From Chiloscyllium plagiosum (lineage: Eukaryota), in the NCBI RefSeq assembly GCF_004010195.1, contig NC_057725.1, positions 28,153,912 through 28,217,911 of the forward strand: 64,000 bases of DNA. The letters are read 5' to 3'. Shown in pieces: positions 1 through 12,603 of this stretch (positions are counted from its first letter, which is position 1; each line of letters begins with the position of its first letter). The notes beneath the pieces were generated by a model, which ran no database searches, was not told where the DNA came from, and worked only from the letters and a program-made list of their open reading frames with translations. A program made the position numbers and the translations under genes.

Positions 1-66
1 CAGCAGGTCAGGCAGCATCCAAGGAGCAAGAGAATCGACGTTTCGGGCATGAGCCCTTCTTCAGGA
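1..66 (-). mobile_element. PLE terminal-repeat fragment with intact minimal hammerhead core
   Basis: Minus strand reads TC-CTGAAGA-A-GGGC-TCAT-GCCC-GAAACGTC-GA; flanks match the repeats at 29721-29940 and 57590-58984. Cut by the window edge. Confidence 0.75.
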
Positions 67-636
67 GCCCTTTCTCCTAGAAGACATACCCAAGGATAGT
101 GTCTTTTCACTGACTCCTTATGGTTCAAATTAATAGACTGCATATCATCAGTTTAATGAGATGTAAAAATAAAATAAGCCTTTGGCCTCTTTGCTGTTTC
201 ACTGGTGCACAACATACAGAAGAGTGACTAGCAAGTAATGATCTTTGACAGAGCAAGAACAAACGCTGTAAATAGTCCTGACCCATCCATCCTGGGATTA
301 TTACTGAATCTCTGTGGGTGGACAAAACTGCATGTTCTCCTTTTTTAACTGCAAATAGAAGCAATTGAAATGTAACACAGGAAAACTAATCATTATCAAT
401 TGACTTGTTTTGTAAACTAAAATATTTTAGGCACTGCTTGATATGGAGCATACTAAAAATAGTGGGTTTTTTTGTGATTTCTTTCTCTCCTCTGCCATCT
501 TCTCAGTCCACTTAGACGTTGTGATGTTGAGAAGCATTTTGGTGAACAGAGTAGTGGAAATTTGGAATTTGTTGTTTGAAAACTTTTGGGGAGTGTCAAT
601 GGAAAATTTCCAAATTCATTTGTAGATTTGTAATCA

Positions 637-2379
637 AAGTAGTTAGAGGAACAGATGGGTTTTGTGGAAACAAAAGACTCACGATTGGTGTGTTGCCTCC
701 CAGGTGCTAGGGTTTGTGATGTCTCTGATCGTGTTTTTGGGATCTTTGAGGGGAAGGGGGAGCAGCCCCAAGTCGTGGTCCACATAGGCACCAACGACAT
801 AAGTTGAAGAAAGGTGGGGATCTAAGGCAGAAATTCAGGGAGCTATAACAAAGAGTTGTTATCTCTGGTTTGTTGCCTAAGTCACGTGCTAGTGAAGTGA
901 GGAACAGGGAGAGAGTGGAGCTGAACACATGGCTGCAGGGATGGTGTAGGAGGGAGGGCTTTGGATTCTTGGATAGTTTGACCTCTTTCTAGGGAAGGTG
1001 GGACCTCTACAAACAGGATGGCCTTCACCTGAACCAGAGGGGTACCAATATCCTGTGGGTGGGGGAGAAGGGTGGGGGGAGGAGAATTTTGCTAATGCTC
1101 TTCTGGGAGGGATTTAAACTAATGCAGCAGGTGAACAGGAACCTGAATTGTACCTCCAGCGTACAGGAGGTTGAGGGTAGTGAGGTCATGAGTGGATGTT
1201 GGTTTGAAATGTGTGTGCGTCAATGCCAGAAGCATCTGGAATAAGGTGGGTAAACTTGTAGCATGGGATGGTACCTGGACATTTGATATTTTGGCCATTT
1301 CGGAGACATGGATAGAGAGGGGACAGAAATGGTTGGTGGTTGCAGGTTCCAGGATTTAGATGTTTCAATAAGAATAGAGATGATCGTAAGGGTGGGGGGA
1401 AAGGGGGGGGAAAAGAGAGTGGCCTTGTTAATCAAGGATAATATTACAGCAACTGAGAATTTTTGCAACCCATCCACTGAGGTAGTTTGTGCTGAGCTTA
1501 GAAAACTCCGTGACCTCTGCTTTCCTGTTTCTATCAGCCTCCAAATTGTTCCAGGGATGTAGAGGAAAGGACAGCAACAATGATGCTTGTTGGAGCAAAA
1601 GTAACAGGGTAGTTCTTCTGGGGACTTTAACTTCCCCAACATTGACTAGGAGTACTATAGTTCAAGTAGTTTAGATGGGTCCGTTTTTGTTCGATGTGTG
1701 CAAGAGGGAGTTCTGACAGTAAGTAGATGGAGGTGAGGACTGCAGATGCTGGAGATTAGAGTCAAGATCCGAGTGGTGATGGAAAAGCACAGCAGGTCAA
1801 GCAGCATCTGAGGAGCAGGAAAGTCGACGTTTTGGGTAAAGCCACTCTAATCTTGACACCGTATTTAGGCAGGCCAACAAGGGGTGATGCCATATTGAAT
1901 TTGGTGCAGGGGAATGAACCTGGCCAGGTATTAGATTTTGGAGGTAGGGAAGCACTTTGACGATAGCGACCATAATTCAGTTATGTTTACAATAGTAATG
2001 GGCAGGGATAGGCATATATCACCAGGAAAGAGGTACAACTGGGGGAAAGGCAATTCTGATGTGATTAGGCAAGATTTAGGATGCATAGAATGGGGAAGGA
2101 AACTACAGGGGATGGACACACTTGAAATGTGGAGCTTATTCAAGGAACAACTACTGCGAGTCCTTGATTAAATATATACCTATCAGGCAGGGAGGTAGTT
2201 GTTGAGAGAGGGAGCCATGGTTTACTAAAGGAGTTGAATCTCTTGTCAAGAAGGAGGAGGAGGCGTGAAGGCTCAGTTAGGGAGCATGAGAGTTATAAGT
2301 TAGCCAGAAAAGATTTAAAGAGGGCTAAGAGGAGCCAGGAGATGAGAAGCAGTTGGCTGTTAGGATCAAGGAAAAGCCT
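637..2379 (+). mobile_element. CR1 LINE copy A, 5' part (ORF1 SGNH esterase remnant and ORF2 APE endonuclease remnant)
   Basis: Translations VCCLPGARVCDVSD..VVVHIGTNDI (about 690-800) and LYKQDGLHLNQRGTNIL (about 1005-1055); APE motifs GDFNFP (about 1620) and HFDDSDHNSV (ORF 1938-2171). Many stops and frameshifts. Confidence 0.85.
1730..1857 (-). mobile_element. Short PLE terminal fragment with small inversion, inserted in CR1 copy A
   Basis: gtgaggactgcagatgctggag...agcacagcaggtcaagcagcatc...gtcgacgttttggg, then ccactctaatcttgac, which is the reverse complement of the internal gtcaagatccgagtgg. CR1 sequence resumes afterwards. Confidence 0.75.
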
Positions 2380-4545
2380 TGAGAGGGAAAGGAGCAGTTA
2401 CTGAGGGAAGATATTTAATTGAGGAAGAGTGTCATAATTTCCTATCAGACAGGAGTTGGGAAGTACAGACTGGGAGCAATTGTTCCACAGGGCATAGCAA
2501 ACATGTGGAGACTGTTTTGAGGAGCAATTGTTGCGAGTGATGCACGAATTTGTTCCTGAGGCAGGTAAGAAGGGGTAAGATTAAAGAACGTTGGATGATG
2601 AGAACAGAGGAGCTTCTCATCAAAAGGAAGAAGGCAGCTTATGTAGTGTGGAGGAAGCAAGGATCTAGCGCAGCTTTAGAGGACTAGGCTTGTTAGAAAG
2701 GTGCTCAGAAATGGATTGAGAAGAGCCAGGAGGGAGCATGTAAAAGGCCTGGCAAGAAAGATTAGGGAGAACACAAAGGCATTTTACTCATACATCAGGC
2801 ATAAGAATGATCAGAGAGAAGGTAGAACCGATCAGGAATAGCGTAGGGAACTTGTGTGGGGAGTCTGAGCAGATAAAGGGAGCCCTAAATGAGTTTTTTG
2901 CTTTGCTTTGGTTTTCACTAAGGAAAGGGACCTTGTTGTGAAAGAGGACTTTGAGGAGCTAGGTTACAGGCTTGATCAAGATTTATGTACTGGAAATTTT
3001 GGCAAACGCTAAGATTGATAAGTCCCAGATTTATAGACCAGATTTAACCCAGGCTGCTCTGGGAAGCAAGGAAGAAAGTTGCTAAGCCACTGGCAACGAT
3101 CTTTTGCCTTCTCACTCTCCACGGGAGACGTACCGGAGGATTGGAAGGTGGCGAACATTGTTCCTCTTTTCAAGAAGGGTAATATGGAAATCCCTGGCAA
3201 TTACAGATCAGTCAGTCTTGTGTCTGAAGTCAGCAAAGTTTTTTTGGAAAGAATTCTGAGGCATAGGATTTATGACTATTTGGCAAAGCATAGCGTGATT
3301 AAAGGCAGTCAGCATGGTTTTGAGAGAGGCAGGTCATGCCTCACAAATCTTATTGAGTTTTTTGAGAAGGTGATGAGACCGGTCAAGCAGTGGATGTGGT
3401 GTACATGGACTTCAGTAAGGCATTGATAAGCTTCCCCATGGTAGGCTCATTCATGGGATACAGGGACATTTGGCTGACTGAATTCAAAATTCGTTGACTG
3501 ACTGACAGAAGGCAGAGAGTGGTTATAGATGGAAAGTATTCTGCCTGGAGGTCAGTGTTGAGTGGTGTCCCACAGGGCTCTGTTCTTGGGCCTCTGCTCT
3601 TTGTAGTTTTTATAAAATGACTTTGAGGAGGTTGAGCGTGGGTTAGTAAATATGCTGATGATAGAAAAGTTGAAGGTGCCATTGATAGTATCGAGGGCTA
3701 ATGTAGGCTGCAGCATGACATAGACAGATGCAGAGCTGGGCTGAGAAGTGGCAGATGGATTTCAACCTGGATAAATGTGCAGTGATGCATTCTTGAAGGT
3801 CGAACTCGAATGCTGAATATAGGATTAAAGACCGGATTCTTGGCAGTGTTGAGAAACAGTGGGATCTTGGTGTCAAAGTACATAGTTGCCACCCAAGTGG
3901 ATAGAGTTGTTAAAAAAGCATTTGGTGTTTTGGTTTCATTTAACAGGGGCATTGAGTTTAAGAGCCATGAGGTTTTGTTACAGCTCTACAAGTCCCTGGT
4001 GAGACCACACTTGGAATATTATGTCCAGTTCTTGTTGCTCTACTATAGGAAAGATACAGAGGCTTTGGAGACGGTGCAAAGAAGGTTAACTAGGATGCTG
4101 CCTGGACTGGAGGGGTTGCCTTATGAAGAAAGATTGACTGACTAAGTTTGGACTTTTTTCTCTGGAGAGAAGGAGAAAGAGAGGAGACCTGATCGAGGTA
4201 TACAAGATAATGAGAGGAATAGATAGTCAATAGCCAGAGACTTTTGCCCAGGGCAGGATTGACTGGCATGAGGGGTCATAGTTTTAAGACATTTGGAGAT
4301 GTATATAGAGGGGACGTCAGAGGAAGGTTCTTTATGCAGAGAGTTGTGAATGGATGGAATGCGTTACCGGTGGTGGTGGAAGCAGAGTCATTAGGGACAC
4401 TTAAGCGACTGCTGGACATGCACATGGATAGCAGTGAATTGAGGGGTGCATGTAGATTGTTGTTTTATTTTACATTAGGATTAATCCTAGGCACGACATT
4501 GTAGGCCGATGGGCCTGTTCTGTGCTGTACTATTTTACATTCTAT
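2380..4545 (+). mobile_element. CR1 LINE copy B (5'-truncated ORF2 RT and 3' tail) nested in copy A
   Basis: RT motifs VPEDWKVANIVPLFKKG, GNYRSVSL, QHGFERGRSCLTNLIEFF, YADD, LYKSLVRPHLEY; tail gggcctgttctgtgctgtac..ttctat; flanked by gaaaagcct (2371-2379) and gaaaaccct (4546-4554). Confidence 0.85.
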
Positions 4546-6320
4546 GAAAACCCTAAGGCTTTCTACAGGTATATTGAGAATAAAAGAATGACTAGGGCCA
4601 ATCAAAGATTGTAGTGGAAAGTTCTGTGTGCAATCTGAGGATATAGGGGAAGCGCTGAATGAATACTTTTTTCATTAGTATTCACATTGGAAAAGAGCAA
4701 TGTTAGTGAGAATACGGAGATACAGGCTACAGGATTAGATGGGTTTGAGGTTGGCAAAGAGGAGGTTTTAGCAATTTTGGAAGATCTGAAAATACATAAG
4801 ATCCCTGGGCCAAAAGGGATTTATCCTCCGATTTTCAGGGAAGCCAGGGAGGAAATCGCAGAGCCTTTGGCTTCGATCTTTGTCATTATTGTCAACAGGA
4901 GTAGTGCCAGAAGACTGGAGGATAGCAAATGTTGTTCCCTTGTTTCAGAAGGGGAGTCAGGACAACCCTGGTAATTATAGACCAGTGAGCTTTACTTCAG
5001 TTGTGGGTAAGGTGTTGGAAAAGGTTGTAAGAGATTGGGATTTACAATCATCTGGAAATGGAATGATTTGATTAAGGATAGTCAACACTGTTTTGTGAAG
5101 GGTAGGTTGTGCCTCACTAACCTTATTGAGTTCTTTGAGAAGGTGACAACAGGTGGATGAAGGTAAAGCAGTTGATGTGATGTATATGGACTTCAGTAAG
5201 GCATTTGATAAGGTTCCATATGGTAGGCTATTGCACAAAATACGAAGTTTCAGTATTGAAGGTGATTTTAGTGGTTTGGATCAGAGATTGTCATCTTTCA
5301 GCTAGCCAGGGTGGTGGTTGATGGGAAATGTTCATCCTGGAGCTCAGTTACCAGTGGTGTGCCGCAAGGATCTGTTTTGGGGCCACTGGTGTTTGCCATT
5401 TTTATAAATGATCTGGATATGGGCATAGAAGGATGGGTTAATAAATTTGTGGATGACCCCTAAGGTAGGCAGAGTTCTGGATAGTGCCAAAGCATGTTGT
5501 GGGCTACAAAGGGACATAAGATGCAGAGCTGGGCTGAGAAGGGGCAGATGGAGTTTAATGCGGAAAAGTGAGGTAGCTCACTTCGGAAGAAGTAACAGGA
5601 ATGCAGAACTGGTTTAAGATAAAATTCTTGGCCATGTAGATGAACAGAGATCGCGGTGTGTCCTAGTGCATAAATCCCCAACAGTTGCCACTCGGGTTGA
5701 TGGTGTTGTTAAGAAGGCCTAATAAAGGATTGGCATTTATTGGTAGGGGGATTGAGTTTTGGAGCCATGAGGTCATGCTTCAGCTGTAGAAGGCACTGGT
5801 AAAGCCCGGCCTGGAGTATTGTGTACAGTTCTGGTCACCGCATTAAAAGGAGGATGTGGAAGCTTTGGAAAGGGTGCAGAGGAGATTTACTAGGATGTTG
5901 CCTGGTACGGAAGGAAGGTTTTGCGTGAAAAGGCTGAGGAAACTGCGGCTGTTTTCATTGGAGAGAAGAAGGTTAAGAGGTGACTAAATTGAGATGGAAA
6001 CGATAATCTGAGGGTTTGATGGGGTGGGTCATGAGAGCCTTTTTCTTCGTGAAGGCTAACATGAGGGACATAGTTTTAAATTAAGGAGTGATGGTTTAGG
6101 TCAGATCTTAGGGGTAGTTTCTTTACTCGGATAGTAGGGGTGTGGAATGGCCTGCCTGCAACCGTAGTAGACTTGCCGATATTAAGGGCATTTAAATGGG
6201 CATTGGACATACATATGCATGATAATAGAACGGTTAGATGGGCATCAGATTAGTTTCACAGGTTGGCACAACATTGAGGACCGAAGGGCCTGTAATGTGC
6301 TGTAACGTTCTATGTTCTGT
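4546..6320 (+). mobile_element. CR1 LINE copy A, 3' part (RT and tail)
   Basis: Continues ..RIK/ENPKAFYRYI from 2379; VPEDWRIANVVPLFQKG..NYRPVSFTSVVGK; tail gaagggcctgtaatgtgctgtaacgttctatgttct. Confidence 0.85.
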
Positions 6321-6869
6321 GTATTAAGAGACAAAACAAGTAAATGGACCCAAGATGCAAGTCAATTAGTCTCTTTGACAGAGACCAGGCATGAAGGACT
6401 GAATTGCCTCTCCCCACTCCTGTGATGCATGATTTGAGACCGATTGCCATGGAGAAGCAGAGTTGTGGAATTTGATCCAAAAATCTCAATTTTGTCAAAG
6501 AAATGTTTTTTTGACATTTCTTCAACCATAGATGAGTAATCCTAATTGTACTATAAAATGGTGAAATTATCAAAAATCTCTGCTAAATCCAGGTCTGTAT
6601 TTGAAACAAAGTTCAATTTTAATCAGTTCTCGTAATTCAGTGTCCTTGCTGTTGAATTAGCTAAAATACTGATGAATGTTTGTGTTTTATAAGTGTGGAT
6701 AAAGTTAACATTGATTTGTGGTGCATCAGAATTCTTTATAAAAATTCATGGTCTGTGACTTGCTGCTTTCTCTCTGTCTTTCCCTCTCCCATCATTTTTT
6801 AAATCACATTTTGTATTAGTCAATTCATTTCCCCCCCCCCCCCCCCTACAAATTCGATCACCTTGATTT

Positions 6870-7212
6870 CATAGAATCATAATGTTGAAGCAGGCCATTC
6901 GGACAATCAATCCACACTGGCCTTCCGACAAGCATCCCACCCATGTCCCATGTCCACCCCCCCTCCCTATTCTTGTAACTCTGTATTTTCACCTCACCTA
7001 TATACCCCTGGACATTACAGGCAAGTTAGCATGGCCAATTCACCTAACCAGCACGTCTTTGGACTGTGGGAGGAAACCGAAACACCCGGATGAAATCTCT
7101 GCAGACATGGGGAGAAATGTGCTAATTCAACACAGTTGCCCAAGGCTGGAATCGAACTCTGGTCCCTGGCACAAAGACAGCAGTGCTAACCACTGTGCCA
7201 CCATGCTGCCCA
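6870..7212 (-). mobile_element. HE1-like tRNA-derived SINE (V-SINE), diverged
   Basis: Reverse complement has head gggcagcatggtggcacagtggttagcactgctg and core tttcctcccacagtccaaagacgtgc. Confidence 0.8.
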
Positions 7213-7689
7213 CAACCATCTTAATGATTATCTCTGATTCCAATTATTGATCCACTTGCCTCCTAATGCGGTTCAGTTTAAGATTTTGACCTGTGTGCTA
7301 TCTTGTGTTCATTCTCAATTTGATCGTTGATTTCCCTCATTGCTGGCCACCATCTTCACTCCAGATTATCAGCATTCCAGTGCTCCAGTCCCTGGAGTCT
7401 TGAGCTATGTTGATGTAGAGGTTACTAAGTGTGTGCCTTCCCAACATCAGCTCTACACCCCTAAAATCTTGCCTTTGCCCCATCTTTAGTGTGCTTCTGC
7501 AATGGGGAATGTAAACAGATTCTTCTGTGTCTGTTTGTGATGATTCTTGACTGTCTACCAAAGTGTTTATGCCCATCTTCAAATTTTTTGTCACTCAAAT
7601 ACAATTGTTCAGCATAAAATGGATTTTTTTTTTCCAAAGCCTCTGTGACCTTTTCTAAATTGCTCATGGGCCTTAACATTTTAATCTTT

Positions 7690-7886
7690 AAATAAAAAAA
7701 CCCGAAAGAACTGCAGATGCTGGAAATCGGAAGCCAAAACAGAAATTGCTGAAACATCTCAGCAGTTCTGGCAGACCCGGTTCTAAAGCAGGGTCACTGG
7801 ATCTGAACCGTTAATTCTGATTTCTCTCCAAAGATACTGCCAGAACTGCTGGGATTTTTTTCCCTAGCAATTCTGGTTTTTGCTGT
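7690..7886. mobile_element. Short fold-back PLE-derived element with degenerate hammerhead and 12-bp TSD
   Basis: TSD attttaatcttt at 7678-7689 and 7887-7898; inverted arms (cagcagttctggcag / ctgccagaactgctg); central TTCTAAAGCAGGGTCACTGGATCTGAACCGTTAA resembles a decayed CTGAAGA..GAAACGTT core. Confidence 0.65.
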
Positions 7887-8554
7887 ATTTTAATCTTTGT
7901 GGACCCTTCTGGAATTAATCCTGAAGTCTTGCTAACCCTATGTTTTATCCAGTGATTCTCACCACGTGTTAACAGAACAGTTTGTTTCTGGTATCTTCAA
8001 TGATGGAAGGTTTAAAGAAATCATAAAATGATGCAACACAGAAGGAGGGCATTTGGTCTGTCATAACTGTGCTGATCCTTTAAAAGATCTATCCAAGTTG
8101 TGTCTTAACCCACTGTCCTGCAAATCCTTGCAAGTATAGATCCGATTTATTTTAACAATTTCTCTTTATTTACCCTGTCAAATAAAAAGTGCGTTTTACT
8201 AAGTGTTCATAAGTTTGAACACTCCTGCCAAAATCAAAATACCATGACAATTACAAAACTGACATCTGAAAGTTTGATAGTGTTTACCTTTTTCAGTGAC
8301 TGAATAAAGCAATATACCCAGTTGTCCCGTTACAACATGTATTGCTCCAAAAAGTAGAAATAGTTTCTCTCAAACCAAGCAATGTAAGACAAAAACACCC
8401 CCAATAAATTCAGCAGGGAATTAAAGTGAAAGCTTTGTCTTGTGAATGGTGAGAATGTGAAATTTGCTACCACAGCCCGTGGTTGAGGAAATAATTTAAG
8501 GGAAGCTTAAAACAGAAGCTTCCCTTAAGGGAAATCAAGATGCCTGTGAAGAGA

Positions 8555-8888
8555 TGGTGCAGCACAGTGGCTCAGTGGTTAGCACTGTTGCCCTACAGTG
8601 CCAGGGACCTGGGTTCGATTCCCACCTCTGACAACTGTCAGTGTAGAGTTTGCACATTTTTCCCATGTGTCTGTTGTGGGTTTCCTCCCTAGGTGCTCCG
8701 GTTTCTTCCTCCAACCAGAAGATGGTCAGGTGAGCTGGTCATGCTAAACTGCCTATAGTGTTTAGGGATGTGGAAGTTAGGTGAATTAGTCAGGGGAAAT
8801 GTAGAATTATAGGGTAAGGGATTGGGTCTAGGTGGGATACTCTTTGGTGGGTCGGTGTGGATTGTTTCCACACTGTAGGGATTCTATG
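8555..8888 (+). mobile_element. HE1-like SINE inserted in an old CR1 3' fragment (about 8430-9000)
   Basis: Head gcagcacagtggctcagtggttagcactg, box-B-like gggttcgattccc, tail tgtttccacactgtagggattctat. Confidence 0.8.
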
Positions 8889-9944
8889 AGAACAGGGATA
8901 GAGGCACCAAGAAAGAGGCATGGTGAGAAATAGGTGAAGCATTAACATATGAGCATGGACTAGTTAGTCTGACCTATTTCTCTATTGCAAAATTCTTTGT
9001 CGCAACACTCTTGGCCGAAATTTTCATCAGGTTCCACAGCTAGAATTTAAGAATTTTTACCCAGGCCATTTTTAATTTTTTTTAAAAAAAAAACAAGCCT
9101 GTCCATAGTCATTCAATAAGTGCGTTGATGTTAAGCCTGGGGCAGTTGAGTGGGTGTTCCAATTCCACATCCCCTGATTTGCATTCCCTTTTGGAGAAGG
9201 ATCAGGTGGAGTAATGTTTGTGCTTGTCATGACTCCTGCAGTGACTGGTTGGGTTCAGGGAAGAAAACCAAGGAAACTCACTCAAGGCAGGAAAGGTCCT
9301 TCTGCCCCACCCTTCTTTGTTTTATTTTACATTTAGCGAGCATTGCTGTTTTTACACTTCAAACAGGATTTATTCATTTCCCTGGACAGGAACTGTAATC
9401 AGGAGGAATCCAAGTAAATAAGGAAGGACATAGGGTCATTACGAATGGGGGAAGCCATTCCATCCCTTATCCTGCTCCACCATTCGATTTGATTATGATT
9501 GATCTGACCCTTTTTTTTTTTAACCACTCCAACTTATTGTTTATATCTGAATTAAAATATCATCTATCATGAAAGCTCTAATTCTCACCCAGCATCTATA
9601 GCCTTCAGTGAGAAACAGCTTATCATATTTTCATACCCTTCCCATTTTTAAAACAAAAAGTGTGTTTTACGAAGTGTTCTGATTTTGATTTTAATTTCCT
9701 TTAGCCTCATTCTAGATTCCCTCATTAGATCAAATAGGATGGTTGCATATCATTTATCTCCACTTTTTAGAATTTTTCTTGTTCCGACCACCCTCAATCT
9801 CGTGAATTCAAGTCGGTGTAAGTCTCATGATGTAACTATCTTGGTCAAATCTTAATTTATTATCTTTTAATGGAAATGCTGGTGTGTGACAAGATTCCTG
9901 CAAAAAAATTCAATGTTTGTGTTATTAACATTTGAGTAGTCAGC

Positions 9945-10330
9945 TGTGGTCCATTGAATTATACACACTTGCCTCGGAGTCTAGAAGCCATGTGTTCAAG
10001 CCTCCCTCCAGACACTTCAGCTCGCCAGCCTAAATTTTATTTGATGAAAGGAGTGCTGCAATGCCTGAGGTCCCATATTTTGGATGGGACACCGAAAGCA
10101 AGGCCCTGTCCTCCTCTTAGCATGGCTGTATTGGATCCTTTTGGCTGCATTTTGTGCAACAGCAGTTAAATGTTTCCCTCCTGTATTAATCAATAGCAAT
10201 GAAGTAGGTTATCTGTTCATTATCTCCCTGATGTTTGTGAGATCGTGCTTATGCACAAATCAGCTGCTGTGCTTACTTCATTACAGTAGTTTTTAGATGG
10301 CCTGAAACGATGAAATGTGCAATGTTAATT
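9945..10330 (+). mobile_element. Highly diverged DeuSINE (SacSINE1/AmnSINE1-like)
   Basis: ggagtgctgca..gaggtccc..tttggatgggacaccgaaagcaaggccctgtc and 3' ctgtttgtgagatcgtgct..gcacaaatcagctgctg resemble the Deu domain seen at 19635-20090. Confidence 0.5.
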
Positions 10331-10466
10331 TGAACACTCATTCCCTGCTGTTCACTTGGTTCTTTTTCATTTCACTATTTGTTCTTCCCTCTATTTTGAA
10401 TCACCACCTTGTCTTCCATCTAGTCCTAGTTCATCCCTCTCCCTTTGTGCTCTCACTCTCCCTTCC

Positions 10467-10541
10467 CGTGTGTGTCTGTGTCTGTCCGTCTCTCTCTCTC
10501 TCTCTCTCCCTCTTTTTCTCTCTCTCTCTCTCTCTCTCTCT
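10467..10541. repeat. (TG)n/(CT)n compound microsatellite
   Basis: gtgtgtgtctgtgtctgtccgtctctctctctc... read directly. Confidence 0.9.
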
Positions 10542-11879
10542 GCTTCACTCCCTACTCACACCATTTTGTTTTATCTTTTTTTTCTCTTTTAATCTTTCCT
10601 TTTTGCTTTATCTGTGTAGAAAGCAGAAACATTAATATTTAAACAGTTGAGCTTTGAGGGTAGAGTGCTGTTGGATAGTGACCTAGAATGTCGGTGCCCT
10701 GTGGAACAGCACTTAGCAAATAGTGTGTTTAAACTGTAATGCCACATCATTCCAGTGCAAGTCTCAAGTGATTAATTACACTGAACCCATGCGGAGCTCT
10801 GGTCTAACTGTGTACTTTTCAGTGCAAGTCGCATCACTGAACCCCAGGGGAGACCTTCAAAGATTGGAGGTAAGTGAAGGATGTTCTGCTACAGAGATTG
10901 TGCAAGCAGCAGTTTGTGTGGATTCCTCCCAATCTCGGGATGGGGTTTTAATTCAGGTCCAGCCTTTCAGGGTTTAATGCCCTGTGTCTGAGCGTCCAGC
11001 TAATAAAAAGAAACAAAAGCTGCAGCCGCTTGGATGAGCCAGATGTCTCTGGCTTACTGTGAGCACTGAGGGAAACTTCCTCAGAGTGGGAAGCCTGATA
11101 TTTGTGCAGTTGAAGGAAAGGTTCTGGAGTTTAGCCCTTATTTAAAGGCTACTCTCTTTATGCTCATTAAAAAGCTGACTGAATGGTATGCCAGCCAAAG
11201 TCTGATGCTTGAATCTTGATGTAATTGACAGGCTGCTTGCAAATGTTGGGAGTTTAATGTTTTGAAAGACAGCAATTTAATGCAGAATAAAAATACAGCG
11301 TCTGTCTTTAATAGTTTTACCTTTTCTAGTTTTTACTCTGTCTATGCAAGCATATGAACAAGCCTCTCTTCGTCTTTTCATTTCACACTCAATGCTCAAT
11401 ATTTCTGCTTTACAGGCATTCTTTGTACCTTTCTTACATTATTCAACTCTCTCCCACCATGCATTCTTTCTTCTCATACTCGCTCCTTTTTTTTCTTTCT
11501 TTCTTCTCCCCCCCCCCCCCCCCCTTTCCTATTACTTTTTATATCCATCCCATTTACATCATTTTACTGTCACTCTCTCCCCTTTTTTTCTCTCATTCAC
11601 TATCTTTCCCTTTGTCTTTCTACTTGAGTTGAAGAGGGGAATCCATTTCAAGATCAGTGCTTTTATTTCTTAATTTATCAAACGTGCAATCCTCTATCTG
11701 TAAGTCCTAAGTTTTATTACTTTATTTCCAGCATTCTGGACTGAAACAGCTTTGCTGAAATTGGATATTTTCCCTTGTGCAGTTTTCAAGCTTACAAGCA
11801 CAACCTTTAAGTGGGTAGCAATCCGGCCCTATGTCTGTGTTGGGGTTTTGAGCCCCACTCGAAAAGTTTAAGGATAAAA

Positions 11880-12060
11880 CTGAATCCGCTGCAGCTGTGA
11901 GAGAGTGTTGCACTGTCAGAGAGCCACATTTCAAATAAGACATTAATGAGATCAAGTCTGATTCCTCAAGACTCCAATTCCTAAGAGATCCCAAGGCATT
12001 ATTTTGGAGATCAGGTGAATTATCCCAGAGTTCAAAGTAATATTTCTGCCTCAAATTATA
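11880..12060 (+). mobile_element. DeuSINE fragment
   Basis: gagagagtgttgcactgtcagagagccacatttcaaataagacattaa..agatcccaaggcattattttg..aatatttctgcctcaa. Confidence 0.55.
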
Positions 12061-12087
12061 CTTCAAAAGTCTGGATATTTACCATAG

Positions 12088-12603
12088 TACTGTTCAGGTT
12101 GTAGTTTGCTCGCTGAGCTGGTAGGTTTGTTCTCGGACGTTTTGTCACCATGCTAGGCAACATCATAAGTAAGCTTCTGGTGAAGCACTGGTCTTCTGTC
12201 CCACTCTCTATTTGTCTTGGTCTGTTATGGTGAGTGGTATCGTTTTCAGTTCTTTTTCTCAGAGGTTGGTAAATGGGGTCCAAATTGATGTGTTTGTTGA
12301 TGGAGTTGCACTTTGAATGCCAGGTCTCTAGGAATTCCCGTGTATGTCTCTGTTAGCCTGTCCTAGGATGGATGTGTTCTCCCAGTCAAAGTGGTGTCCT
12401 CTTTGTTTATGTGTAGGGATACTAGTGATAGCTGGTCATGTCTTTCAGTGGCTGGTTGGTGTTCATGTACCCTGGTGGCTAGCTTCCTGCCTGCCTGTCT
12501 GATGTAGTAGTGTTTGTTGCAGTCCTTGCAGGGTATTTTTTTCGTATGACATTTTTGATAATACCCTGCAAGGACTACAACAAACATTTACATCGGACAG
12601 GCA
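12088..12603 (-). mobile_element. Poseidon-type PLE 3' fragment (GIY-YIG C-terminus and terminal repeat) with 5' inversion
   Basis: ORF 12363-12587 KIPCKDCNKHYYIRQAGRKLATRVHEHQ (decayed YIGQTGR-type GIY-YIG motif); same family as 21416-22800; decayed HHR at about 12132-12172. Confidence 0.85.

Noticed and set aside
3079-4504. Reverse-transcriptase ORFs as functional genes
   Set aside because: Fragmented by stops and frameshifts; dead CR1 copies. Same for 47378-49327.
7337-7757. Charged minus-strand ORFs as a possible antisense exon
   Set aside because: Partly run through a repeat; no recognisable homology or convincing splice sites.
10315-11673. Hydrophobic membrane-protein-like ORFs
   Set aside because: Produced by CT microsatellites and polypyrimidine tracts.
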